Of a stretch of 64,000 bases of DNA, positions 25,786 through 38,089 are shown piece by piece. Under the pieces are notes generated by a model. The model saw only the letters and a program-made list of their open reading frames with translations. It made no database searches and was not told the DNA's origin. Positions within the stretch are counted from its first letter, which is position 1. Each line of letters opens with the position of its first letter. The stretch lies in the NCBI GenBank assembly GCA_950097015.1, contig CATNEN010000039.1:5146001-5210000 (forward strand), in the 5' to 3' direction. Source of the stretch: Macrostomum hystrix. Its lineage: Eukaryota > Animalia > Platyhelminthes. The translations under genes were made by a program, and so were the position numbers.

Positions 25786-26255
25786 AGTCGCTGAAGGAAG
25801 TTGTCTATCGCTTTTTCGATACCACTTGTGAAGAAAAAGAGGTGCAACTTTCGGAAATTTTCTGTGAGTAGCCTCGCCCTCAGGGGTTAAAGTTAGGAGA
25901 CCCACTTTCTCGATCATCATTTTTCTCTGTCTGTCCCATCTTTCTCTTTTTCTCAGTTAACTCAATTTCCATCTCAACTCCCTGTCGTAGGCGAGAGCAA
26001 AGTGGGAAAATGGACACGGAAAAATGGGGAAGTAAAAGAATTTAGCCAGAGCTTTAGCGATCCGGTCATTAAATTGCCATGGAAATGATTAGCGAATGGC
26101 CACAATGGCTCCCGCTGTGCGCTAACTCAGGATAACTCAGTTGAGCTGACTCAGCGGTCTCCACTCTCTCCTCCCTCCAACCAAGCCTCGAAAGAAGCGA
26201 ACTTAAACAAGAGAAATCTGGCCACGGTTCGAATTCGCGTTTGAGTTCGTTTGCG

Positions 26256-28024
26256 AGATTACAGAATCAGTGACAGACTACAGCATCAGTGACAGATTAC
26301 AGAATCAGTTACAGATTACAGAATCAGTGACAGACTACAGCATCAGTTACAGATTACAGAATCAGTAACAGACTACAGCATCAGTGACAGACTACAGCAT
26401 CAGTTACAGACTACAGCATCAGTTACAGATTACAGAATCAGTGACAGACTACAGCATCAGTTACAGACTACAGCATCAGTTACAGATTACAGAATCAGTG
26501 ACAGACTACAGCATCAATGACAGACTACAGCATCAGTTACAGACTACAGAATCAGTAACAGACTACAGCATCAGTGACAGACTACAGCATCAGTTACAGA
26601 CTACAGCGTCAGTTACAGATTACAGAATCAGTGACAGACTACAGCATCAGTTACAGACTACAGCATCAGTTACAGATTACAGAATCAGTGACAGACTACA
26701 GCATCAATGACAGACTACAGCATCAGTTACAGACTAAAGCATCAGTGACAGACTACAGCATCAGTGACAGACTACAGCATCAGTGACAGACTACAGCATC
26801 AGTTACAGACTACAGCATCAGTTACAGACTACAGAATCAGTTACGGACTACAGCATCAGTTACAGATTACAGAATCAGTGACAGACTACAGCATCAATGA
26901 CAGACTACAGCATCAGTGACAGACTACAGCATCAGTGACAGACTACAGCATCAGTGACAGACTACAGCATCAGTGACAGACTACAGCATCAGTTACAGAT
27001 TACAGAATCAGTGACAGACTACAGCATCAATGACAGACTACAGCATCAGTTACAGATTACAGAATCAGTGACAGACTACAGCATCAGTGACAGACTACAG
27101 CATCAGTGACAGACTACAGCATCAGTGACAGACTACAGCATCAGTGACAGACTACAGCATCAGTGACAGACTACAGCATCAGTTACAGATTACAGAATCA
27201 GTGACAGACTACAGCATCAATGACAGACTACAGCATCAGTTACAGACTACAGCATCAGTTACAGACTACAGCATCAGTTACAAATTACAGAATCAGTTAC
27301 AGATTACAGAATCAGTTACAGACTATAGCATCAGTTACAGATTACAGAATCAGTTACAGATTACAGAATCAGTGACAGACTACAGCATCAGTTACAGATT
27401 ACAGAATCAGTAACAGACTACAGCATCAGTGACAGACTACAGCATCAGTGACAGACTACAGCATCAGTGACAGACTACAGCATCAGTGACAGACTACAGC
27501 ATCAGTGACAGACTACAGCATCAGTGACAGACTACAGCATCAGTGACAGACTACAGCATCAGTTACAGATTACAGAATCAGTGACAGACTACAGCATCAG
27601 TTACAGATTACAGAATCAGTGACAGACTACAGCATCAATGACAGACTACAGCATCAGTGACAGACTACAGCATCAGTTACAGATTACAGAATCAGTGACA
27701 GACTACAGCATCAATGACAGACTACAGCATCAGTTACAGACTACAGCATCAGTTACAGACTACAGCATCAGTTACAGACTACAGCATCAGTTACAAATTA
27801 CAGAATCAGTTACAGATTACAGAATCAGTTACAGACTATAGCATCAGTTACAGATTACAGAATCAGTTACAGATTACAGAATCAGTGACAGACTACAGCA
27901 TCAGTTACAGATTACAGAATCAGTAACAGACTACAGCATCAGTGACAGACTACAGCATCAGTTACAGACTACAGCATCAGTGACAGACTACAGCATCAGT
28001 TACAGACTACAGCATCAGTGACAG
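26256..28024. repeat. Minisatellite, 19-bp unit (acagactacagcatcagtg and variants)
   Basis: Directly visible, ~1.8 kb. Confidence 0.97.
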
Positions 28025-28417
28025 CCCAATACCGTATTTAAATTGGTAGTTTTTTGTTCCATTCTAAAAGAACTTAAACTTGTTCCTTTCTGCTCGCAGA
28101 ATTTAGCTGTCAATGTTTTCCACTAGTTGGTCTTGACTGGACTTTTGCGCTACCAGAAGCTTAAACAACAGACTGCCATTCCAAATGGGTCCCTTTTTGG
28201 ACGTTTGCATTGTCAATCAGACTTGGGCTGCCATGCTGATTGGCAGAAGAATTCACCGTCACGATAAAAATGCCACACTGACTGGCTACGACAAAGAGAT
28301 TGTTGAGTAGCCGACTCAACCGCTATGGAACTTTTTCTCTCTCCGGCGCCACTGGAAAAGAGCAGACTAATTTTTTTGGAATCGACCGGGGAGTCATTTA
28401 TAGAGAGTCAGAGAGAC

Positions 28418-28800
<383 letters not shown>

Positions 28801-30439
28801 TACTGTGGAAAGCCTACAGTGATAAGCAACAGTGACAGACAACATAAGCAAGCAGAATCGGCTAAACTCACCAGTTAGGAATTCGCTAAACATGTTAGAG
28901 TGTGAAGGCAAGCTTCCTGCTTATAATTTCTGCGATATACTTGCTTTTTTGTTCGCTCAGCTGATTAAATTCTGCTCTCACTCTAGATTCTCTAGCAGTG
29001 AATGTTGATTAATTTGGCTTCCTAATATTTATAGCTGCAGGTACTCAGAGCGAATGGCAGGTCGGCAGGTCGGCTTTCTTTAAGCCTTTCTTGGATGCGC
29101 CGCTGTTTTTCTCCGGCTCCTTTAAAAAATGATTTCTGCAGGATTAAACAGAAGTATATATTAGCAAGGCTTCGCTGCATCAGGCAAGTGTACACTTCAA
29201 GCCACAAATTTGGGGTTAGGGAGGCCATGCGCCAGCTAATAATAATCCGGATCCGCTTACCCGCTGGCCAGCCAATGGGAATGGCCGATGCTCCAGTGCA
29301 GCCATGGCTTATCTGCTCGCAAACATTGTATAGCGCCCAAGGAATCAAAGAGCTCTCGATGCCCGAAGCTGTTTTGGAGGCTGGGATGGGGTTGAGCTAG
29401 TTCGGAGGAGGGGTGACATGGTTCGGAGATTGAGCTTCTAAAAGCATCTCCCTAAAGGCTTTGAGGTAGGTAGGAATTTTCATCCTCGTAGCGACTTATT
29501 GAAAAGGAGCTTATCTGACCCAATGGGGCAGGTGTAATCGATTATTATTATTAATTATTATTATTATTGTCGGAGACCCTAATGACACGGACAATTAGCA
29601 TTGCTCTGCATTGTTAATCAATCAATCAGTTAATAATCAATCAATCGATGACGAGAATCATCGAATACGAGCTATATGGACGATGCCAATTTTTTCTGAT
29701 TCGGAAAGTTGTTTTAATGAATAGAACGGAAAATGTTTGTCCGTCTGTGTTTGGGATTGTCATGGCGAGTGGATGAATATTATAATACAGTTACAGAAAC
29801 AAGAGAAATGTGGGTTCTTGAGATGCCCTCCGTGATTTTTATACTGTTATAGGCCAGGTTTTATTCTCGCATGAGTGCAGCCTCTGACGCAGGATTGTCT
29901 AAAACAAGCGCGTTCACTTCACAGCACATCGCGAGTCAGCTGCCATTGAAAATTGAACAATGATTCAAATAAAGAATTTATTTAGTAAATTTTTATCCTT
30001 ATTTTGACTTTGCAGCCGTGAAGATTGAGCAAGGCATTGTTGAGATAAGAGAGAAATTCAGGGAAATTTTGCAGCACCCCTCGTAACGATCAGGAATAGT
30101 GCATTGCGAAGCAGGAAAACTGCGGTGCTTGTATCAGTTGCCATCGGGAATATGAGATCTCGTGACACAGACAGCGAAGCTATTTTCCTAGGAAACAAAT
30201 CTTTGTGACGCGCCCTGAAGTAGCATTCGGGATTTGAGAAACAGAGAATTAAAAATCCAATCCAATGCTTGAAGGCTGATGTCACGCACGAGAAGATACT
30301 TGTTGGAGCTTTGCAGAAGCATTGGAGAATTTCCTCAAGTACAGGAGACTCCAATTTCCTGCGTTTTCTGAAACCTAGAATTCCTTATATGAGCAGATTC
30401 TTTGTACAGACAACTGGTCATTTCTAAGGTCCTTTTCAG

Positions 30440-30722
30440 AGGGCGCATGGTAGAGCGGTTGCCGCGTTTGCCTCTCGCACCAAGGTCCCTGAGCTCGATT
30501 CCGCGGCGAGGCCACATTCTTTGGGTTGCAGTCGCGGAGAGAAGGCTTGGAGGTTTGTCGTGCAATTTACGCGCTTGAGGCACACACTCATACACCCCTG
30601 TATGAGTGTGTGCCTGCGTTCAGTATCTGTGTGCGTGTGTGCTCAGGAGTCAGCGAAATGGGCAGAATTGCCTCCTCACTGGCTGTGGGTCTAGAGTCAC
30701 CAATGATGCGCCATTGCCCGTC
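30440..30722 (+). mobile_element. tRNA-derived SINE family A copy (internal deletion)
   Basis: gggcgcatggtagagcggttgccgcgtttgcctctcgcaccaaggtccctgagctcgattccgc followed by the shared body. Confidence 0.75.
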
Positions 30723-30974
30723 CTCCAGTCCTCGTGTTATGCTAAAAAATGGAATGAGGAGTCAACTAATGACAGATCGATTGGGTCACAGAAAAAAGCC
30801 CTTATAGAACAATTATAATTTAAAAGCCTCTGAAATGAATTTGTTAAATGTAACCGAATAAAAGGTGAATAACTTGGCAAACAACTTGGCATAATTGAAT
30901 ACTATGGCACTACATAGTCATAGCTCGCACTATAGTATTTTATGGCTATAACCTACTGGTGGCTGATGGACTGA

Positions 30975-31140
30975 CGACTCCACAGGAACAATTTGTGTCC
31001 TTTAATAAGACACTTAAACACTGCATTTAGGTGTAGCGCCCCCAGTCCATGGACTGAACTACCGTACGCAGCCTTCAGATAGCTACGGCTGTGCTTTGGG
31101 GTGCCCATCAGGCCGAATTGGGTTAAGTTAAGTCAATTAC
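30975..31140 (+). mobile_element. SINE family B fragment
   Basis: gactccacaggaacaatttgtgtcctttaataagacactt...cagtccatggactgaac..gcagccttcaga matches the 1031(-) and 41745 copies. Confidence 0.6.
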
Positions 31141-33444
31141 TCTCGTATTGTTATTAATATTTTTATTTATATTAAAAAACCGACTAAGCGATATACTCAA
31201 AACGAAGCGAGTTCCGCAGTAATAGTTTTTGCAGTCACCTTTACCTTTTCTCGCTGCCCTTGAAATTTTTTTCTGAGAACTCAGCTTCGAAACCAAAAAG
31301 CCAGCAGCCGATAAGAAGGCTTGAAGCTACACAGCGGGATGAGAGCGTCTTATCAAGAAGGTTGGCAGTTTGCGGGTTGCCTCCGGACCGACTCATGCCA
31401 GTTGAGCCAGTTGCGTGCGGGTGAGCAAGCGAAGCTACACAGACCTGGCGCATAATCTAATAAGGGACAACTCAGGACCTGCATTAACAAGGAGGCAGTT
31501 GAGAATGGGGAGCAATTGAGGATTATGCAAATGTCTCCCCAGCCGTACAGAGCTCTCGATCATTTTTAATCCCAATTGGCGGGCCCTGTCGTCACCTCGG
31601 CTGACCTCCCAGTCTGTGTTGCATCTACAATGAGCTAGGAGCCCTGTTTGAGCATTTTTTAAATCTTTGAATTATCGTTCGCCTTTTAGTTGACAACCGA
31701 TCAGACAACCCGTTTGTCTGTTTGACATGAAAAGGAATTTATTCCCAACGGGGCACCTGGTTGGAGGGGAGAATAGAAAGATAAAGAGCAGCCATTTAGT
31801 GCCAGATAACTCAAGGCACCCTCATAAAACCCTAAAATAGTGTAATTTTTGCTCACTGATCTTTTGAAATTTAGTCTGAGTTCATAGTCATTCTCTTTCA
31901 AATTAATCTTCTTTAGATTTTCAATTCCACTAACAGTAGAAAGGCACAAGGGAGTATTTCAAATACACACCTTTTTCTTTTTTCTGTACCTCCCAAAATA
32001 TTCAGCCAAGCGCTAAAACTGGTAAAACTTCGCACTATCCGATGAGACAGACAGTCGAGATATTCAACGATTCTCATCCTGGTGTCTGGTGGCAAAAACC
32101 AAAAATGTAGGCCTAATTTTTCTGCTCGATGAGAACCAGACACCCCGACGAGAGACGTTGAATATCACGACGATGCCGATGTTTTATGATTATGTAAGTT
32201 GTGCACAATAGCTGTGCGCAGTACAGGTATTATTAACCTCAACGGAATCTCAAATCCCTGAAGGCACAATGAAACAAAAGCAGCTTTGGGAGAAGTCTGC
32301 TGCAGTCATTTTTCTGTATCGATTCGGGAGGGCTTTGCCCCACCTTCCAGAAAAGAAGCGACTCAAACTGCGGGACCAGCGCTAGCCGGATCATGTAGCG
32401 ACAGCGAATCAATTTTCGTAAAAAATTGTCCTTTTATTTTATTTTACTTCGAGGTTCAAATATGTCCTCTTCTCTAGCCTAGACGGCCTAAAGGAAGTGT
32501 GCCTTCACTGCTGAGTCACAACTTCTAAAAACGGAATTCTAGTTTTTTTAAAAACGCTTGCCTGCATGTTTTAGAATGTTTTCGCAGTCCTGCGTGTTCT
32601 AGGAAATCTCTGATTCAAATTATTTTTTTTCTATATTGCTGGTCTGGGTAACTGCACATTGGCACATCAGGGATCACTGCGACGTCCAAAAATTTATTGG
32701 ATTGTCAAATTGATCAGGACTAGCAATAAAAACTTGTCTTATTGAAGTCATTGTAATGTCACTTCCCTTTTTGGATGTATCGTATTGTTTGGCAATGGTT
32801 GAATATTCTGTCCAACACCTGTCTGCATGTAAATCACATGCTATCGTAGAGGTCTGGTCATGTCGTCAGTTAGCCTGTGTCTCATTACTGCGTTATAATG
32901 AAGACTGACACCGTAGCCAACCTAAATTCCTCTTACTAATTGACTAAATATTTGTGAAAACGTAAATTGAAACTTATTAACAATAGTGAGGCGAACAAGG
33001 ACCACTTGAAATGGAATAACGAAAAGCCTCCTACACTTTAAAAAAGTGTAGCAGGCTGGTTTGTGGTCGAGAAGTTCCATTCAGAGATTGGATTTTTTGC
33101 ATTTTTCCTATTTAAATGGTGATAGCGTTTGGGAGCAGATACAAAGCTATAAATAAGAAAAGATAAGTATTTGATCTGACTCCAATTAAACTGTCAATCA
33201 AACTAAATTTGTGCAGAAAAATTTCCTATCTCCGTATAGTCTCTTTTTCCCGCATATACCTGTGCTTTAAACTTTTTTAAGAAACGCACTTTCCCAACCT
33301 ACTACTAGTGCGGTCCTTGGCATGTTTCTGCACAATTTCAGAAAGCTCGTACTCTCTATAGAAAACCTTTTCTGATCTACAACAAGCCTACAAAGGGAAA
33401 TCAAGAAATATGCCATTTTTCCAATGGCGTCGAAATATGAACAC

Positions 33445-33832
33445 TTAAGAATTATAATATGATAAAGTCGGGCAGGCTGTGGGCACTGGCACCTCGTTTT
33501 GGTCAGTCTGCCCCTTCCGCCGACTCCTGAGCACACACACAGACACAGATACTCAGTTTACACACTTTTTTCCCACACTCGAACAGGTGTGAACATCTGG
33601 CCTGACTTTGTCACTTTTATACAGTATGTACCCCCTCAATGTGAACCCCCTCACTGTGAACCCCCTCACTGTGAACCCCCTCACTGTGAACCCCCTCACT
33701 GTGTACCCCCTCACTGTGCCTTGGGGGGTCTGCCTTCAAGGACGTAAATTGCACAACAAGCCCCACAGCCCCCTCTCCGCGGCTGCGCCCCCAAATGAAT
33801 GTGGTCTCACTGCGGAATCGAGCTCAGGATTC
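33445..33832 (-). mobile_element. SINE family A copy inside the duplicated segment
   Basis: Reverse complement of the family A body, with an internal 15-bp VNTR. Confidence 0.7.
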
Positions 33833-34064
33833 TTAATATATTTATTTGAACTTGCTTATGGTCTGAATGTTTTTGGGTAGGGTCGAAAAGGGAGATAAAT
33901 GGAAGTTATTCATTTTTTTCAGCACAGTTTTCGCAATTAATGGATCAATGATGGGTAATAAAGCAGTCATCGCTATCTGAAAAGTGAGCAATTATTTTGG
34001 GGTTATTCACTAGGACCATAATATGGAATATTAGTTCGCAATGCATCTCAGTTCACTGAGCGAT

Positions 34065-34369
34065 CTATTCCAGGTTACGCTTCAAAAACTGCTGTGCCTG
34101 TTTCCATGCATCGACCTGCGCCAGGTTGTGCCAGAACGCGTCGCCACCGAAGTCCACAACCCCGCGATGAGCCCGCTGATAGACCAGTCGGTTCATTGGG
34201 CTGAACGGCGGCTCCAGCAGGTGCCCAGCTCCCGGATACTGCAGCAGGCGGTAGTTGGATTTGCCAGCCGCAGTCAGTCGCTCCGCTAGCAGCCTGCCAG
34301 AGTAGTTCGGCACGCCCTGGTCGTCCATACTTGAAATGAAGAGAAAATTGGCGGCCGAATCCTCCACTC
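34065..34369 (-). pseudogene. Truncated duplicate of the ACOT 3' coding region (last ~100 codons)
   Basis: Peptide identical to 42436-42738; the 5' side joins directly to LINE sequence, with no upstream ACOT exon. Confidence 0.85.
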
Positions 34370-36670
34370 TCCGCCAGTTTGTGGTTTCCTAGAAGAAATC
34401 GGGGCATTGTGCGCCTTTGTTCTGGGTTAGAGATTATTGTTAGGTACTTTTCTCGGGAGAAATCTTTCTTAAACGCGTAATAGAAGTGGCTGAGCTTGGC
34501 TGATTTTCCCATCCTCTGAGTCCAGTGCCTTCGGAACTCTGACTCAAAGTTCTCCCTGTGCGTTTTGATGGACTTTGTTTTTCGAGTCTGTTGACAATTC
34601 CGCACTATTTCACTACTGATTTTTCCCCAATGCCAACATCGCTGTATTCTGCAGCTGCCACCAATTTCGCGATGATGGAGTCTGGTCGGCTCCGAACTGA
34701 GGACCAGTATTGAAGGCTTCTTTTCTGAATACTATTTAATAGTGGTAGTCTTCGTAATTCGGACCGAGCACCATTGCTGTCAGTGTTTGGACTAACTTGC
34801 AGAGTCGACTTGCAGATTCTAAAATTAATTCTCTCTATAAGGTTCCGATCCCAAGTACCCAGTTTCCAGGAGACAAAAGCTCCCCAGGCCTCTGATGCAT
34901 AGAGAACTAGGCTTTCAATCATAGTTGTGCTAAACAGGATGAGCTGTTTGTGTTTTACTCTCTGAAATCCCGCCAACTTTCTCAGAAGCATTATTGGATA
35001 TCCACTTTTTTACCTAGTTCTATGGCATGAGTATCTATTGTTCCCTTCACGTTCATGTGAAACCCAAGATATTTCCACTGCTGTACGGGTTCAACCAGTT
35101 GACCATGTAAAAACAGTCTATGTGTTGCCCTTGAGTGGAGATTGCAGCTCAGAAGCTTTGTCTTCTCAATGTTTATTTCTAATTTATGAGTATTGCAAAA
35201 ATCTGCTACTTTGTCGAGGCCTTTTTGTAATTCTGTCAGGTCTTCACCAAAAATGACTAAACCGTCACAATAAAGCAGGTTGTTTACTTCTTTATTCAAT
35301 ATAGAGGTATGGCTTTGAAATGAGTTTTTTAGGATTGTGCTTAGCGGGTCGATGTATAGGGAGAATAGCAGTGGAGATAGGGGGCATCCTTGCCTGACGC
35401 CATTAGTGATTCGACACGCCTCAGTAGCTGTGCTTTCTGACACTTTGAGGTGAAATTTCGCGCTTGAGTACATACTCTCAATGGTACTTATTGCTGGGTT
35501 CACGCCCAACTGCTTTAATCGTGTGACCAGGGTTGGGTGGTGAACCATGTCAAAGGCGCTTTTTAAATCAAAGAAAACTAGATGGAAAGGCCTTTTCTTT
35601 TTCTTCTTTTTAAGAATTAATGTCAATAGGGTTGCCTTGTGATCGGAAGTCCGGCAGCCTTTTCTGTTTCCTATTTGACCAGCCGATAGCAAGTTCAGGG
35701 CTTTGATGTGTGCTTCTAATTTCTCGTAAATAATTTATGCAAACAGTCTTGCGATGGCTGGCAGGACGCTTATTGGTCTGTAGTTCTTTGGATCACTGCG
35801 AGACCCCTTCTTGTAGATTGGGCTTACCAATGCTAGTGACCATTGCTCAGGAGTATATCCAAGCCTTAGGATTGAGTTGAATAGCTTCTACAGAGCGGGC
35901 TTGATAACTGTGAGGCCATAAATGATGTGCTCGCTTGTTATTCCGTCAACTCCTGCTGCCTTTTTCTTCTTTAGTTTTTTCGCTGCCTTATCAATTTCCT
36001 GGGTGCTGACTATTGTGTCTGTAAAGATTTTTGGGTTTGGTGGATGCCCTCGGAGGCATCTGACTGAGGGTTGCATGTTGAAAACGCTGCTTAGGTGCTT
36101 CTGAATATCTGCTATTGGGGGTTGTGCCCTGGAAACTCGCTTGTTGGGAAACAGCAATTCCCCGGCTCTTTTTAAACCTGACCGAAATCCCATGGATGTG
36201 TTTGAGCTGTCATTTTCTGAATAAAATAATTTATGTCAGCTTTTTTCAGCTTTTTAGGTGGTTCCTATACTTCTTTGCAAGCTCATCGTATTCTGTGACT
36301 AGTGATCTGTCCGCTGGCTTTCGACTTTTTTTTCCTTGCTACGTACTTTAATGATTTAGCCAAATCCCAAAGATTTTCGTCTCTGTTTATCCAGAATTTG
36401 TTGGGAATAATATTTTTACCCCCGCTCTTGGGAACGGACTCCTCCAGCAGACGCTTTAACTTAGATGTGAGATAGTCAATAGATGAGGTCTCCTTTACTT
36501 CCTGTGTAACAATTTGCTTTATGTATTCCAGACTCTGTTGACTTTCTAGGGCTTCGATGAAGTGCTGCTGTGCAACTGGATTCCAGGTGGGTGGCCTTGG
36601 ATACTTTATGGTCTTGTTCCCGCGTACCACGGCCAGGGGGTTTCATGTCTTGTATGCGCACTTTGACTGT
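34370..36670 (-). mobile_element. Decayed non-LTR retrotransposon (CR1/L2/Crack-like RT), frameshifted and truncated
   Basis: KKKKAAGVDGI, FFDLKSAFDMV, GVRQGCPLSPLLFSLYI, degenerate YCDG at the YADD position, INIEKTK, KYLG, YASEAWG and FLLGNHKL are spread over several frames. Confidence 0.85.
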
Positions 36671-37362
36671 CAATATTATATAATATTGTGATTCTGTGCG
36701 ATAGGGTCATAAAATCACAGCGCCATAAATCTCTTGACACTCGACAGAATTATTATAATTGCGTTGCGTTGCGGAGTCGGTGTAGGCGTCGGCGAAGATC
36801 AAAGGCAAGGACAAAGTCCGTATTTCACAGAGCGGACGCAAACACAAATCGCTGTGCTGAAGAGACGAAATAAATGTTACTTTTTGTAAATTGATTTACC
36901 CTATAACTTGGGCAGGCCGGTCTCGCGGACGAAATTGAAGTTACTAATCGGGTACACACGAGCACCCCCTCCCCGCGGGCGAAATAGAAGTTACTTAGTT
37001 TGAAATAGAAGTTGAAAACCAATAAGGATAAGCCCGCTATATTTAGTTTTAATTATAACATGGGTACTAGCAGTTTGTATTCAAACAAGATTGTTCCTGT
37101 TATAGTGGTCTTAAAAGAGTAAATTCAAAGTATTTTTGCGGAAAAAATGGAAGCTAAATTTCCTTTTTTATTACAGCGTAGCCGCTGATTCAAAGCGTCA
37201 TGTTTGACGGAACCAAAAAAATGCGGAGCGCTCCGTTTTAGGATGTCAGATTCCTGAGGTGCAAGAGGGAAAAAGATGCAGTACAGACAGACGCAAAGTA
37301 AGCCCAATGAGCCTTTCAGTTCTTTCTTCCCATCTGGGCTCGTGAATCGTTTATCACTCAGA

Positions 37363-37623
37363 CTAGCAGCTGCAGAAATCGTAGCAGCACGGCGGTGGGC
37401 AGCACGGCGGAGGGCAACACGGAGGCGGGCAGCACGGAGGCGGGCAGTACGGTGGTGGACAGCACGGCGGAGGACAGCACGGCGGTGGTGGACAGCACGG
37501 CGGTGGACAGCACGGTGGTGGTGGACAACAGAAATCTGGATAGCACGGCGGTGGTGGACAGCATGGCGGTGGTGGACAGTATGAGGGTGGGCAGCAATAG
37601 TCGTCGCAGCAGCCGTCGCACAT
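37363..37623 (-). CDS. Candidate 86-aa Cys/Pro-rich micro-protein (CCPPP repeats)
   Basis: ATG in an A-rich context (taatacaATG); 30 Cys and 40 Pro; 15/18-bp units that keep frame and vary at synonymous positions; GC-rich island in AT-rich flanks. Confidence 0.6.
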   Translation of the reverse strand: MCDGCCDDYCCPPSYCPPPPCCPPPPCYPDFCCPPPPCCPPPCCPPPPCCPPPCCPPPYCPPPCCPPPCCPPPCCPPPCCYDFCSC

Positions 37624-38089
37624 TGTATTATTTGGAAGTTGTTGAATCTGGGATACTAAAAATTCACTGCCTGACTCCTTTGCTGCTGCTACTGCTGCTG
37701 GGCTGAAATTTGCTAATTTTAAACCGCCCTTGCTTTCCATTTTAGACTCGTGGAATTCTTGAACAGGGTCAAGAGGCTCCTACCTTGGCCCTAGACTATT
37801 CCATCGACTGTGGCTCAAATGCGCAAGTCGGGTTCTCGCGTATACGAATTTGCCATAGACGCAAAGTTTTTCTCGTAGCTGCGACTTGCGGATGGTTTGA
37901 AGCAGATGCTAAATTGTCGGGCAGAGCCACGGACCACTAGAAGGACGGGACACTTCGTTTCTTGGAAAATTTATTGAAACTGAAAAATGCACTAGCGAAA
38001 TAGGAACTTTTCATGTTTTTTCCACATTATATGTCGATAACTTTTTATTGGAAGGAGATCCTATGCAGTTATTTTGCTCTATAATGCAT

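Larger units (their letters stand above)
32326..34369 (-). repeat. Inverted segmental duplicate of 42434-44506
   Basis: Reverse-complement identity readable throughout; the ORF track shows the same peptides on opposite strands (34041/42514, 33267/43231, 33608/42921). Confidence 0.95.

Noticed and set aside
37624-37740. N-terminal extension of the Cys/Pro ORF from the ATG at 37740
   Set aside because: AT-rich and compositionally unlike the rest; the ATG at 37623 has a better context and an upstream acceptor-like site.
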